Below are positions 19,090 through 27,132 of a DNA stretch of 29,344 nt, one piece after another. Every line of letters starts with the position of its first letter. Within the stretch, counting starts at the first letter, position 1. The notes under the pieces were generated by a model that saw nothing but the letters and a program-made list of their open reading frames with translations, ran no database searches and was not told the origin of the DNA. The translations under genes were made by a program, and so were the position numbers. This DNA comes from a virus. Location of the stretch: the IMG/VR virus record IMGVR_UViG_3300003323_001383, one strand, 5' to 3'.

Positions 19090-20535
19090 TCATGGCGGAA
19101 GACGGCGGTTCCTTGCGATCACGCTGTCTTCCTGAAGGGTCGCCTCCTCGTCGTAGTCCTCGTCGTCGACGTCCGGTTCCTCCACGTCCTCGGGCTCCTC
19201 GTCCTCGGGCTCCTCGTCTTCGTCGTCCCCGTCGTCGCTCTCGCCGTACAGCGCCTCGTGCCTGGCGATCTGCGTCATGCAGATCTCGGCCATCCGGAGG
19301 CGGAAGTCCCGGTTCGCCTCCCACTGGCCTTCCTGGCTCCCGTTGGAGGTCGGCGACCACTGGCCGTGGAGGATGGACCCGTAGACGGTGCTCACGTAGG
19401 CGAACTCGGCCATGTCGATCACGTAGGCCGCCATCTCCGCTTCGTTCTTCGCGAGGGAGAGGCCGAGGGAGAAGGCCTCCCGGAGGCCGAACCCGGTCGT
19501 CCCCTCCCGGCCATAGATCCCCCTGGAGAAGGCGTTGGAGTGGTCGTACGTCTCGTGGAGCCTCAGCTCGGCGTAGGCCGCGCGCAGCTCCTCGCGCTTC
19601 TCCGGGTCGATGGCCGTCTCCTCGATCTTCCTCTCGATCTCGGCCTTCCTCTTCATGGAATCGAGGGTCTTCTCCAGGAGCTCCAGGGCGTCGCCCTTCA
19701 TCCGCTCGAAGGTCATAGTCCCGATCTTCGTGGAGAGGAGGACCTGCCAGACGTCCTCGCGGATCATCGCCTGGGATGTGGGGCGCGGCTCGACGATCCA
19801 GGCCCTCTCCTTTCGGCCGACGGGACTGCCGACGTAGACGTCCTCTCCCGGCAGGGCGGCGACCAGTATCTCGGCCGGGCTCGCGTAGTTCCCGGTCCCG
19901 ACGGTGATCATGGCCGCGTACCCGGCGGCCTTGATGGCCTCGAGCGCCGCGTCGAGCTTCCCGTCCGGGGAGTCGTAGCGCGAGTACAGGTCGAGGCGCA
20001 CGCGGACATACCCGCTGGAGACCTCGTCCACCATGTGGCCGGTGCCGCGCTCCTCAGAGTGGAGGGGTAGGCCCGCCTTCTCGAGGGCGGCGCGGATCCT
20101 CCGCACTGACGGGATTCCGGGCTTCGGCTCGTACCTGTCGGGGTCCCACTCGACGTGGGAAGGGAAGGAGTCGGCTATGTTGACCCTGCCCTCCCAGAGG
20201 GCCGTCAGCCAGGCCTTCCTCCCCATGTCGGCCCGGACCTCCACGTCGTGCGAGGAGTTGTCGCCGGGGCCGCGCTCGACGCAGCACCTCCGCAGGGCCT
20301 CGAAGAAGGCGCGCGTGGTCAGGGTGTCGTCGAGGCTCTTGAGTTCGACGGTCCCGTAGTCGTTGTACCGCCCTCTGACGGGCACCCCGTGCGGCTGCCA
20401 CCGGCTGTCGACGTAGCAGTGGTGGGCGTTCCCCTCCGGGGAGGTCGCCGAGCGCTTGAGTGCAAGGAAGCGGACCCTGTTGCCGGACTCCACGGAGAGC
20501 CCGGACACCAGGCATACCTGATTAAATGATCCCAT
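19090..20535 (-). CDS. hypothetical protein, 481 aa, with poly-acidic C-terminal tail
   Basis: Long GC3-biased ORF; tail DDGDDEDEEPEDEEPEDVEEPDVDDEDYDEE encoded by short tandem repeats at about 19140-19250; no domain recognised. Confidence 0.75.
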   Translation of the reverse strand: MGSFNQVCLVSGLSVESGNRVRFLALKRSATSPEGNAHHCYVDSRWQPHGVPVRGRYNDYGTVELKSLDDTLTTRAFFEALRRCCVERGPGDNSSHDVEVRADMGRKAWLTALWEGRVNIADSFPSHVEWDPDRYEPKPGIPSVRRIRAALEKAGLPLHSEERGTGHMVDEVSSGYVRVRLDLYSRYDSPDGKLDAALEAIKAAGYAAMITVGTGNYASPAEILVAALPGEDVYVGSPVGRKERAWIVEPRPTSQAMIREDVWQVLLSTKIGTMTFERMKGDALELLEKTLDSMKRKAEIERKIEETAIDPEKREELRAAYAELRLHETYDHSNAFSRGIYGREGTTGFGLREAFSLGLSLAKNEAEMAAYVIDMAEFAYVSTVYGSILHGQWSPTSNGSQEGQWEANRDFRLRMAEICMTQIARHEALYGESDDGDDEDEEPEDEEPEDVEEPDVDDEDYDEEATLQEDSVIARNRRLPP

Positions 20536-20580
20536 CTTTGGCCTTTTCCGCCGCTACGCAGCGGCGGAAAGGACGTACGC

Positions 20581-21036
20581 TCAGTCGCTCATCACCTGGT
20601 TGACGATCAGGAAGTTGTGGACGAACTCGGCGAGGTCCTTCGCCTCCTTGACGCCGAAGAGCCGGTGCTGGGGGCAGACCACGAAGTTCAGGCGGTCGGC
20701 GATCCTCACCAGGCGGGGGAACGTCGTCCGGGAGTTCGCCCCCTTCTTCGGGAGGGGCTGCTCCTTCCAGTTCCTCCCCATCGTCCTCCACGTCCCCTCG
20801 GGGACGGGGCTGTCCGGAGTTGTCAGGTGGGAGTAGGACCACCGGATGTGGACGGTGCGGCTCGTGGCCTTCAGGAACCCGAGCTCCACGGAGTGCTCCT
20901 CCTCACGGACTATCCCGTCGGAGCCGACGACCTTGGCCGTCACGATGACGGTCTTGTCCCATCCGTCCCCCGTGAAGGACGGGGTCCCGATGGAGATCCT
21001 GTAGGGGACGTCGCTCGCCTTGAGCTCCGGCCTCAT
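20581..21036 (-). CDS. hypothetical protein, 151 aa, C-terminus VNQVMSD
   Basis: ORF 20581-21510 trimmed to ATG 21036, which overlaps the upstream stop (ATGA); the upstream extension is Arg/Gly-rich out-of-style sequence. Confidence 0.65.
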   Translation of the reverse strand: MRPELKASDVPYRISIGTPSFTGDGWDKTVIVTAKVVGSDGIVREEEHSVELGFLKATSRTVHIRWSYSHLTTPDSPVPEGTWRTMGRNWKEQPLPKKGANSRTTFPRLVRIADRLNFVVCPQHRLFGVKEAKDLAEFVHNFLIVNQVMSD

Positions 21037-21368
21037 TCCTCGGGCTCGTCCGGGCGCGCGTCGATGCCGTGCTCCTTGAGGGCCGACGCGAGCTTCCGGA
21101 CGCCGGCCGTCGCCGCGTCGTAGGCTGCCCTGTCGTCGGGGCGGGCGATGAGGTCCTCCTTCGCCCTGGCGATGTCGGCCAGAGATCCGGACTCCATCAG
21201 GGCGTCGCGGGCCCTCGACCACTCGGCGCTCCCCTGGATGTGCCCGAGCTTCTCCAAAGGGGTGGTGAAGACCCGGTCCTTCCACCTGAAGAACTTTGCG
21301 CGGAGGGAGTCTCCCTCCCTGAGCTCGGCCTTGGTCTCCTCCCAGCTTTTGTCGGACATGGCCGACAT
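21033..21368 (-). CDS. hypothetical protein, about 111 aa
   Basis: Trimmed to ATG 21368 (alternative 21359) because the longer ORF runs antisense through two tRNA genes; helical, charged. Confidence 0.6.
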   Translation of the reverse strand: MSAMSDKSWEETKAELREGDSLRAKFFRWKDRVFTTPLEKLGHIQGSAEWSRARDALMESGSLADIARAKEDLIARPDDRAAYDAATAGVRKLASALKEHGIDARPDEPEE

Positions 21369-21376
21369 TACGCTTC

Positions 21377-21460
21377 GCCGCCGTGGCAGGAACGGTAGAC
21401 GCGGATGGCTTAAAACCTTCTGCCCTCGCGGGCGTGCCGGTTCGACTCCGGCCGGCGGCA
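21377..21460 (+). tRNA. tRNA-Leu(UAA)
   Basis: Acceptor GCCGCCG/CGGCGGC, anticodon stem GATGG/CCTTC (one U:U) loop CTTAAAA, long variable arm, T-arm GCCGG-TTCGACT-CCGGC. Confidence 0.8.
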
Positions 21461-21477
21461 CCGACGCTCGCTCTCTC

Positions 21478-21559
21478 GCCGTCGTGGTGGAACTGGCAGT
21501 CACAGCGCACTCAAAACGCGCCGCCTCAGGGCGTGCGGGTTCGACTCCCGCCGACGGCA
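21478..21559 (+). tRNA. tRNA-Leu(CAA)
   Basis: Acceptor GCCGTCG/CGACGGC, anticodon stem GCGCA/CGCGC (A:C next to loop) loop CTCAAAA, long variable arm, T-arm GCGGG-TTCGACT-CCCGC. Confidence 0.8.
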
Positions 21560-21840
21560 CGAAACCTGGCCTTCCGGAACTCCTCGACCTTCTGCTTGTT
21601 CCGCCACCCCCGGACCTTCTTCCGCGAAACGCGGAGCTCGGACGGGTCGTAGGCGTAGCGCAGGAGGCTGGGGATCCAGTAGACGTCGACCTCCGGGCCG
21701 TAGACGCCGTTCCCGAAGTAGGCCGGCCCGACCACGATCCCGGAGCAACCTCCGAACTCGGCGACGTGCTCCCGGGACCCGTTGGCGCGGAAGGCCTTCC
21801 GGAGGGAGGCGGACATGCGGACGACGGTCCCGGGGGTCAT
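21526..21840 (-). CDS. hypothetical protein, 104 aa
   Basis: ATG overlaps upstream stop (ATGA); GC3-biased; last ~11 codons run antisense through tRNA-Leu(CAA). Confidence 0.6.
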   Translation of the reverse strand: MTPGTVVRMSASLRKAFRANGSREHVAEFGGCSGIVVGPAYFGNGVYGPEVDVYWIPSLLRYAYDPSELRVSRKKVRGWRNKQKVEEFRKARFRAVGGSRTRTP

Positions 21841-22073
21841 TCCGGGTCGAACTCGAGATAGGAGTAGACCGCCACGGCCCCGTCGTCGTGCTTGACGAAG
21901 TACAGGTCGCCCCCGGCGCCGCCGACCGCATCGAGGACCTGGCCGGAGGCCCCGTTCTTCCGGGCGGCGACGAGGTCGGCCCCGCCGATCATGCCCATCG
22001 TGGCGTTCTTCTCGAAGCAGTCCACGGTCCGCACGCGGACGCCCCTCTTCAAGATTTGGCTCGGCTGCTCCAT
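21837..22073 (-). CDS. hypothetical protein, 78 aa
   Basis: ATG-initiated, GC3-biased, first gene of a minus-strand run 22073 to 19090. Confidence 0.6.
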   Translation of the reverse strand: MEQPSQILKRGVRVRTVDCFEKNATMGMIGGADLVAARKNGASGQVLDAVGGAGGDLYFVKHDDGAVAVYSYLEFDPE

Positions 22074-22149
22074 GCCGAGGAATACAACGACGTTAGCCCG
22101 ACTTTCGCGGAGGGAAAGTCAAGACAGTAACATAGACAGGCAGGAACCG

Positions 22150-22668
22150 ATGAGAACCCTTCTTCTGACCCCGTGGCTCTTCCCGCACAAGGTCCTCTCC
22201 TGGGAGGACGCCGTGACCCTCGTCTACCGGGGGAAGGTCGACGTCCTGGTCGAGTACGGCCAGGAGGTCTCCTCCCCGTCCGTGACGTGGAAGGTCCCGG
22301 CGGTGCTGCGCCTGCGCAAGCCCATCGGGCACATGCGGAGGGGCGTGAAGTTCTCCCGACTGAACGTCTTCACCCGGGACAAGTTCCGGTGCCAGTACTG
22401 CGGGGAGAAGTTCTGCTTCGACGACCTGACCTACGACCACGTCATCCCGGCCCGCCTCGGCGGCGAGAAGGACTGGGAGAACATCGTGACGGCCTGCAGC
22501 CCCTGCAACAACAGGAAGGGCGGCAGGACCTGCGACCAGGCCAGGATGTGGCCGCTGAACTGGCCGAAGAAGCCAGAGTCCGTCCCGGCGACCGGCCCCC
22601 TGATCAAGAGGGACGGTATCCCCGAGGAGTGGCAGGGCTTCTGCGACGGCCTCATACACATCACGTGA
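22150..22668 (+). CDS. HNH endonuclease, 172 aa
   Basis: CQYCGEKF...LTYDHVIPARLGGEKDWENIVTACSPCNNRKG = canonical HNH/McrA-type motif. Confidence 0.85.
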   Translation: MRTLLLTPWLFPHKVLSWEDAVTLVYRGKVDVLVEYGQEVSSPSVTWKVPAVLRLRKPIGHMRRGVKFSRLNVFTRDKFRCQYCGEKFCFDDLTYDHVIPARLGGEKDWENIVTACSPCNNRKGGRTCDQARMWPLNWPKKPESVPATGPLIKRDGIPEEWQGFCDGLIHIT

Positions 22669-22689
22669 AACGAGTGTACCCTGAGGGAC

Positions 22690-23214
22690 ATGGGCGCAAC
22701 CGGCTATAACCCCCTTCAACAGATGGTCCCGTCCGGGCCGTCGGGTCCCTTCGGGATCCCTGTCGTCATGAAGGCATTCCCGGAGGAAGGACACGCCGTC
22801 CTGGAGGAGCTCGTCCTGACGGACAGGCTGAAGGTCCTCCTGAAGGCCCGGGCGAGATACCAGGCCGTGGGCTCCCTTCAGTTCATGCCGAGCGCCTCCG
22901 CCGTCCTCGTGGAGAGGAGGGAGGACGGGACGACGAGCGAGAGGGAGATCGCCAGCATGACCATGCCGGAGATCCTGGGCCTTCCCTCCACGTCGCTGAT
23001 GTGGCAGAACATCGTCCTCTACCTGGAGACGGCCCACAAGCTCTCGGTGAAGGAAGACAAAGGCAAGATACGGGACGCCTGCGCGGCGGCCGGGAAGGCG
23101 GCGATGAAGTTCACGGCCACCCTCATGGCGGACGTCGCGATGGGCGTCCTGAACGACGAGGATATGGCCGAGGCCAAGGACTCGGCAGTAGTGTTGCAGG
23201 TCATGGAGACCTGA
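22690..23214 (+). CDS. hypothetical protein, 174 aa, C-terminus VLQVMET
   Basis: ATG-initiated GC3-biased ORF; stop 6 nt before tRNA-Ser(GGA). Confidence 0.65.
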   Translation: MGATGYNPLQQMVPSGPSGPFGIPVVMKAFPEEGHAVLEELVLTDRLKVLLKARARYQAVGSLQFMPSASAVLVERREDGTTSEREIASMTMPEILGLPSTSLMWQNIVLYLETAHKLSVKEDKGKIRDACAAAGKAAMKFTATLMADVAMGVLNDEDMAEAKDSAVVLQVMET

Positions 23215-23220
23215 GAGAAC

Positions 23221-23302
23221 GGAGCGTCCTGCTGAAGGCTGGCAACGGGACTGGAAATCCCGGGGGACCGAAAGGTCGGTGGTTCGATTCCACGGCGCTC
23301 CG
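23221..23302 (+). tRNA. tRNA-Ser(GGA)
   Basis: Acceptor GGAGCGT/GCGCTCC, anticodon stem CGGGA/TCCCG loop CTGGAAA, long variable arm, T-loop TTCGATT. Confidence 0.8.
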
Positions 23303-23308
23303 CGAAGG

Positions 23309-23391
23309 GGAGACACAACCCGATAGGCGACGGGACCGGTTTTGAAAACCGGCGAGCTACGGCCTTGGGAGTTCGACTCTCCCTGTCTCCG
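23309..23391 (+). tRNA. tRNA-Ser(UGA)
   Basis: Acceptor GGAGACA/TGTCTCC, anticodon stem CCGGT/ACCGG loop TTTGAAA, long variable arm, T-arm GGGAG-TTCGACT-CTCCC. Confidence 0.85.
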
Positions 23392-23398
23392 CGTGTAC

Positions 23399-23481
23399 GG
23401 AAGGACCTGCCGAATGGCCGGCAACGGGACTCGAAATCCCGGGGCACCGAAAGGTGGGAGGTTCGATCCCTCGTCCTTCCG
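23399..23481 (+). tRNA. tRNA-Ser(CGA)
   Basis: Acceptor GGAAGGA/TCCTTCC, anticodon stem CGGGA/TCCCG loop CTCGAAA, long variable arm, T-loop TTCGATC. Confidence 0.8.
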
Positions 23482-23495
23482 CAGTAAGATACCCC

Positions 23496-23999
23496 ATGGA
23501 GCCAATCGAGCTCGTGCGCGGCATCCGGGTCGAGAGCGTCCGCGTGGGCGCCCAGACGATGAAGGAGGTCGACCCGAGCAGGCCGGGCTCCCTCCGGCGC
23601 GGATCCACGATCTGCCACTACAACGTCACCGTCGTCTACCCGAACGGGCTGAGGAAGAACCTGTCCACGGCCTGGGACGGACTCGGAAGGAAGGTCGCGA
23701 GGGCCGTGGGGCTCAGGCTCCAGGGGAAGGCCGCGCTGGACGCCGCGCTCGAGGCGAACCGGATCGTGTTCGCGGCCGTGGAGGCCTTCCGCCAGTCGCC
23801 CGCCTGCGCCGACCTGGAGGGGAAGGCCCTGGCGGCCGAGCGCCGGAAGCTGCAGAGGCACGACGAGAGGGAGGCCGAGGCGCAGAGGAGGCGGGACGTC
23901 AACGAGATCAAGCGCTGCCTCCGGAGGACCTTCCTGACGGAGGAGCAGGTCCTGGACCTCTGGAGGGAGGCCCAGGTCTCCGAGGTCATGGAGTCCTGA
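23496..23999 (+). CDS. hypothetical protein, 167 aa, C-terminus VSEVMES
   Basis: ORF trimmed to ATG 23496 (upstream part overlaps tRNA-Ser); Arg/Glu/Ala-rich helical C-terminal half. Confidence 0.65.
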   Translation: MEPIELVRGIRVESVRVGAQTMKEVDPSRPGSLRRGSTICHYNVTVVYPNGLRKNLSTAWDGLGRKVARAVGLRLQGKAALDAALEANRIVFAAVEAFRQSPACADLEGKALAAERRKLQRHDEREAEAQRRRDVNEIKRCLRRTFLTEEQVLDLWREAQVSEVMES

Positions 24000-24401
24000 T
24001 CAGTCGACGCGGACCTTCTTCGCGGCCTGAGGCTGGGCCGCCGGAATGACGATGGTCATATAGCCGTCCTCGACCTTCGCCGATATGGCGTCGAGGTCCG
24101 CCTTCTCGGAGATGGCGATCTTCACCGAGCTCTTCTGCCCGTCGAGCTTCCTCGTCCACTCGACCTGGAGGGACCTCGAGCTCACGGACACGTCGACGTC
24201 GCCCTTCTTGCACCCGGGCACCTCGAGCTCGACGGTGACGACCGGGAGGCCGTCGCGCTTCTCCTTCGTCACCTTGTGGGTCGAGTGCCCGAGGCGGACC
24301 GACGTCCCCTCGAGGGCGTCGTCGAAGATGGACTCGACGGTGTCCATGGCCTTGTCGAGGGCGTTCGAGATGCGGCGCACGTGCACGAAGAGGTCGTCCA
24401 T
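24000..24401 (-). CDS. Hsp20/alpha-crystallin family small heat-shock protein, 133 aa
   Basis: LPVVTVELEVPGCKKGDVDVSVSSRSLQVEW...AKVEDGYMTIVIP matches the alpha-crystallin domain pattern. Confidence 0.75.
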   Translation of the reverse strand: MDDLFVHVRRISNALDKAMDTVESIFDDALEGTSVRLGHSTHKVTKEKRDGLPVVTVELEVPGCKKGDVDVSVSSRSLQVEWTRKLDGQKSSVKIAISEKADLDAISAKVEDGYMTIVIPAAQPQAAKKVRVD

Positions 24402-24410
24402 TCCGCCACT

Positions 24411-25043
24411 CTACACTCTGGAAGATGAATCGCCCGTGGGGGCGAGCCCGGTTGCTGCCCGGTGCGGACCTTCGGGTCTGGAGATCGAGCCTCCCGTCTT
24501 CCTCCACTGCCATCCACCCGACCAGCCTTCAAACAATCCTTTGAGACGCGCCTCCCTGACAGCAGGGACGATCAGCATCCAGGCTTGATAAGGCATATCT
24601 TTCCGTATATAGTTGCATCGGACGCAGGAGGGGATGACATTCGATTGGAGATGTCCGATGTCGTTATCGATCCTGTCCAACGTCATGCGACCCTCGGTCT
24701 CCAGGCAGTACGCGCAGCCACCCGATATTCGTTCTCGGATGAAATCAGCAGTCAGGTCGTTCTCCCGGCCTCGCCTCCTATCACCTTTTCTGGAATCTAT
24801 GAGAATAAATTTCTCAGGATTCAGGTTCTGAGACCTAGCCTCTCTTATCAAAGAGTTGATCCGGTCTTTCCCCGACCTGGTCCTCTTCCGAGGTGTTTTC
24901 TTATATCGAGCCCCGCGACCCTTCCCGTCACATTTCCGGCATATACTACGAGGCTTGCCGTACATCACCCTCATCAAGGATGGTTCTTTCTCCTCCCCGC
25001 AGGCCTTACATTTGATCTTTTGCGGAATAATGTCCGACATCAC
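24411..25043 (-). CDS. HNH-type homing-endonuclease-like protein, 210 aa, in an AT-richer island
   Basis: CAYCLETEGRMTLDRIDNDIGHLQSNVIPSCVRCNYIRKD = HNH core; N-terminal CKAC...CRKC zinc-finger-like pairs; composition and codon choice (aaa, att, ttt, gat) unlike neighbours. Confidence 0.75.
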   Translation of the reverse strand: MMSDIIPQKIKCKACGEEKEPSLMRVMYGKPRSICRKCDGKGRGARYKKTPRKRTRSGKDRINSLIREARSQNLNPEKFILIDSRKGDRRRGRENDLTADFIRERISGGCAYCLETEGRMTLDRIDNDIGHLQSNVIPSCVRCNYIRKDMPYQAWMLIVPAVREARLKGLFEGWSGGWQWRKTGGSISRPEGPHRAATGLAPTGDSSSRV

Positions 25044-25100
25044 TTCGACTTCCGCAATAGGAAGTCTCTCGCCTCCGCCTTTCCGCCGTAATCTCCGACC

Positions 25101-25499
25101 ATGGATCCCGACCTATGCTTCATACCCGATGTCAACATCGACGATGACGATGCGGGGGAGGCGGACCGCCGCCTGGCCTACCTCCGGTCCATCATCCGGG
25201 AACGTAGGCAGGACGGGGACTGCGCCTGGTCCTTCGGGTTCGACTTCAGCGGGTCGAACCACGCGCACGGGATCGTGTACGTGGTCGACTCGCGCCCCGG
25301 GTCCACCCGAGTGTGGGAGCTCTCGAAGAAGCACGAGGAGTGGAACGGCACGCCGAGGGCCGGAAGGAGGAGGTTGTCGATGGAGCCCCCGCCTGGCCAG
25401 CAGGTCGCCCACGTCCCGAAGGGGCTGTTCCAGCTCGAGGCCGAGGACCTCGTCGCGGCCATGGCGGAGATCATGGCCGGACGGATCTTCGATGCGTAG
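25101..25499 (+). CDS. hypothetical protein, 132 aa
   Basis: ATG-initiated GC3-biased ORF; near-terminal AMAEIMAGRIFDA. Confidence 0.65.
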   Translation: MDPDLCFIPDVNIDDDDAGEADRRLAYLRSIIRERRQDGDCAWSFGFDFSGSNHAHGIVYVVDSRPGSTRVWELSKKHEEWNGTPRAGRRRLSMEPPPGQQVAHVPKGLFQLEAEDLVAAMAEIMAGRIFDA

Positions 25500-25536
25500 C
25501 TGGTTCATCGTCCACCCGCTCTGGGACTGCGCGACG

Positions 25537-25779
25537 ATGATGGCCGAGTACCACGGAGGGCGCGCTGAGGTGTTCGTCGAGTATCGGGACACCCCGTGGG
25601 AGGGGGTGAGGCCCTTCCGCATCCAGGTCGGGGAGTTCGACGGCCTGGAGATCAGGGCGTTCAACGAGATGCAGGAGAGCCTCAAGGACGTCAGGGAGTC
25701 CGCTGGGGAGGAGGGCTGGAAAAGGTTCATGGAGGAGCTCCGCAAGGCGTTCGTGATGGCCGAGGTCATGGAGTCCTGA
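25537..25779 (+). CDS. hypothetical protein, about 80 aa, C-terminus MAEVMES
   Basis: In-frame tail of ORF 24856-25779; first ATG after the upstream gene's stop is 25537. The earlier part of the ORF is antisense to the HNH gene. Confidence 0.55.
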   Translation: MMAEYHGGRAEVFVEYRDTPWEGVRPFRIQVGEFDGLEIRAFNEMQESLKDVRESAGEEGWKRFMEELRKAFVMAEVMES

Positions 25780-25786
25780 CAGCCGG

Positions 25787-25815
25787 TTGACGGAGGACGC
25801 CCGAAGGCGTAGAAT
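25787..25815 (+). promoter_or_regulatory. sigma-70-type promoter TTGACG-N17-TAGAAT
   Basis: Near-consensus hexamers with 17-nt spacer in a 93-nt intergenic gap; downstream AAGGAGG + short ORF (25843-25860, MRITA) and a second GAAGGAGG before ATG 25873. Confidence 0.5.
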
Positions 25816-25872
25816 GGCCGCATGAGAGAAAGGAGGTGCGCGATGCGGATCACAGCCTGAAGGAGGCCCCAT

Positions 25873-26271
25873 ATGAAGAAGCGCAAGCAAAGAGCGCGCC
25901 CAACGAGGCGCGTCCATAACCTGTACGTGCACGTTCTGACCGGCTCGTCGTCGATCATGTCGTACATGCACTACAGGATCCAAGACGTGTCCGTGGCCCG
26001 GCAGATAATGGCCCTCACCTTCGCCCGGGAGTGGGGAGGCAGGTCCGGCATCGACGTCAAGAGGCTCGAGGGCATCGTCGTGCGCGGACCGGTCCCCGAG
26101 GTCATCGCTCGCTACGCCAAGGAGGTCCCGGGAGCGAACCTGCGCCGCATCACGAGGGCGGTCGTCAGGACGGGCGACGTCCGCGCGATGAGGGTCCTCG
26201 CCGGCGTCCCGGGCGTGGACCGGGCCTACCTGGAGAACGCCATCGTCGTGGCGGAAGTCATGGCCGTCTGA
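25873..26271 (+). CDS. hypothetical protein, 132 aa, C-terminus VAEVMAV
   Basis: Strong SD GAAGGAGG 6 nt upstream of ATG; basic N-terminus MKKRKQRARPTRR. Confidence 0.7.
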   Translation: MKKRKQRARPTRRVHNLYVHVLTGSSSIMSYMHYRIQDVSVARQIMALTFAREWGGRSGIDVKRLEGIVVRGPVPEVIARYAKEVPGANLRRITRAVVRTGDVRAMRVLAGVPGVDRAYLENAIVVAEVMAV

Positions 26272-26287
26272 GCCTACCGCGACGGCG

Positions 26288-26728
26288 ATGAAGAGACGGA
26301 TGAGGAAGAGCGTGGAGGGGATCGAGCTCCACGCGGTGCTGGCCACGATCGCCGCCAACGGGATGGTCTACATCTCCCGCAGGACCGAGCTCGAGGGGAG
26401 GGAGCCGACCATAAGCTGGCAGCTCGCAAACCGGCTGAGCGCGGACAATTGGATCGAGATCGAGCCCGGGGACAGGCGCAACTATGCCCGGAACAGGCAC
26501 AACGCGACGACCTACCTGGAGAACGTCTACCTCGACTCCCGGCCGGGAATGCCCAAGCGCTACATGCCGCACGCGTACGACATCCCCGAGTCCTTCGTCA
26601 AGAGGATCGAGGCCGCGGGCATCAAGGGGGCGCAGTTCGACCCGAAGGAGCAGAGGATAGGGGTCCCGCTCCCGGAGTGGGAGGCGATCCTCAAGACCCT
26701 GAGGGGCGTCGGTAAGATCAGGGCGTGA
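26288..26728 (+). CDS. hypothetical protein, 146 aa
   Basis: ATG-initiated GC3-biased ORF; stop overlaps the GTG start of the Nudix gene (GTGA). Confidence 0.65.
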   Translation: MKRRMRKSVEGIELHAVLATIAANGMVYISRRTELEGREPTISWQLANRLSADNWIEIEPGDRRNYARNRHNATTYLENVYLDSRPGMPKRYMPHAYDIPESFVKRIEAAGIKGAQFDPKEQRIGVPLPEWEAILKTLRGVGKIRA

Positions 26729-27132
26729 AGCGCCGATCCTCCTGCCTCGTCGCCGCGGACGACTTCGGGAACCTCCTCCTCCAGCACAGGACCGACGACG
26801 CCCCGACCTGGCCCGGCTACTGGGGCCTGTTCGGGGGAGGGCGGGAGGAGGGGGAGGACGCCCGGGCCGCCCTGGTCCGGGAGATCAGGGAGGAGATAGG
26901 CCTGGACGCGGCGGCCGCCGTCGAGGTCGGGGTCGTCGAGACCCCGGTCCTCGTCATGGACGCGTTCTTCCTCCGCCTGAGGCCGGAGCACTGCATGCCC
27001 CACGAGCTCGCCAGGGCGCAGACGGAGGGCCAGGGCCTCGGGTTCTTCCCCTTCGAGGCCGTCCGCAGGATGAAGGTCGTCCCGGAGGACGTGGAGGCGA
27101 TGCTCCTGGCCCTCAAGCTTCTCGCCCGATGA
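26725..27132 (+). CDS. Nudix hydrolase, 135 aa
   Basis: Nudix box GGGREEGEDARAALVREIREEIGL (Gx5Ex7REUxEExGU). Confidence 0.85.
   Translation: MKRRSSCLVAADDFGNLLLQHRTDDAPTWPGYWGLFGGGREEGEDARAALVREIREEIGLDAAAAVEVGVVETPVLVMDAFFLRLRPEHCMPHELARAQTEGQGLGFFPFEAVRRMKVVPEDVEAMLLALKLLAR

Noticed and set aside
20540-20575. Intergenic hairpin TTCCGCCGC-tacgca-GCGGCGGAA between minus-strand genes as a rho-independent terminator
   Set aside because: The stem is strong, but no U-tract follows it on either strand, and the downstream gene starts within about 10 nt. It is more likely an mRNA-stability or processing element and is not annotated as a terminator.
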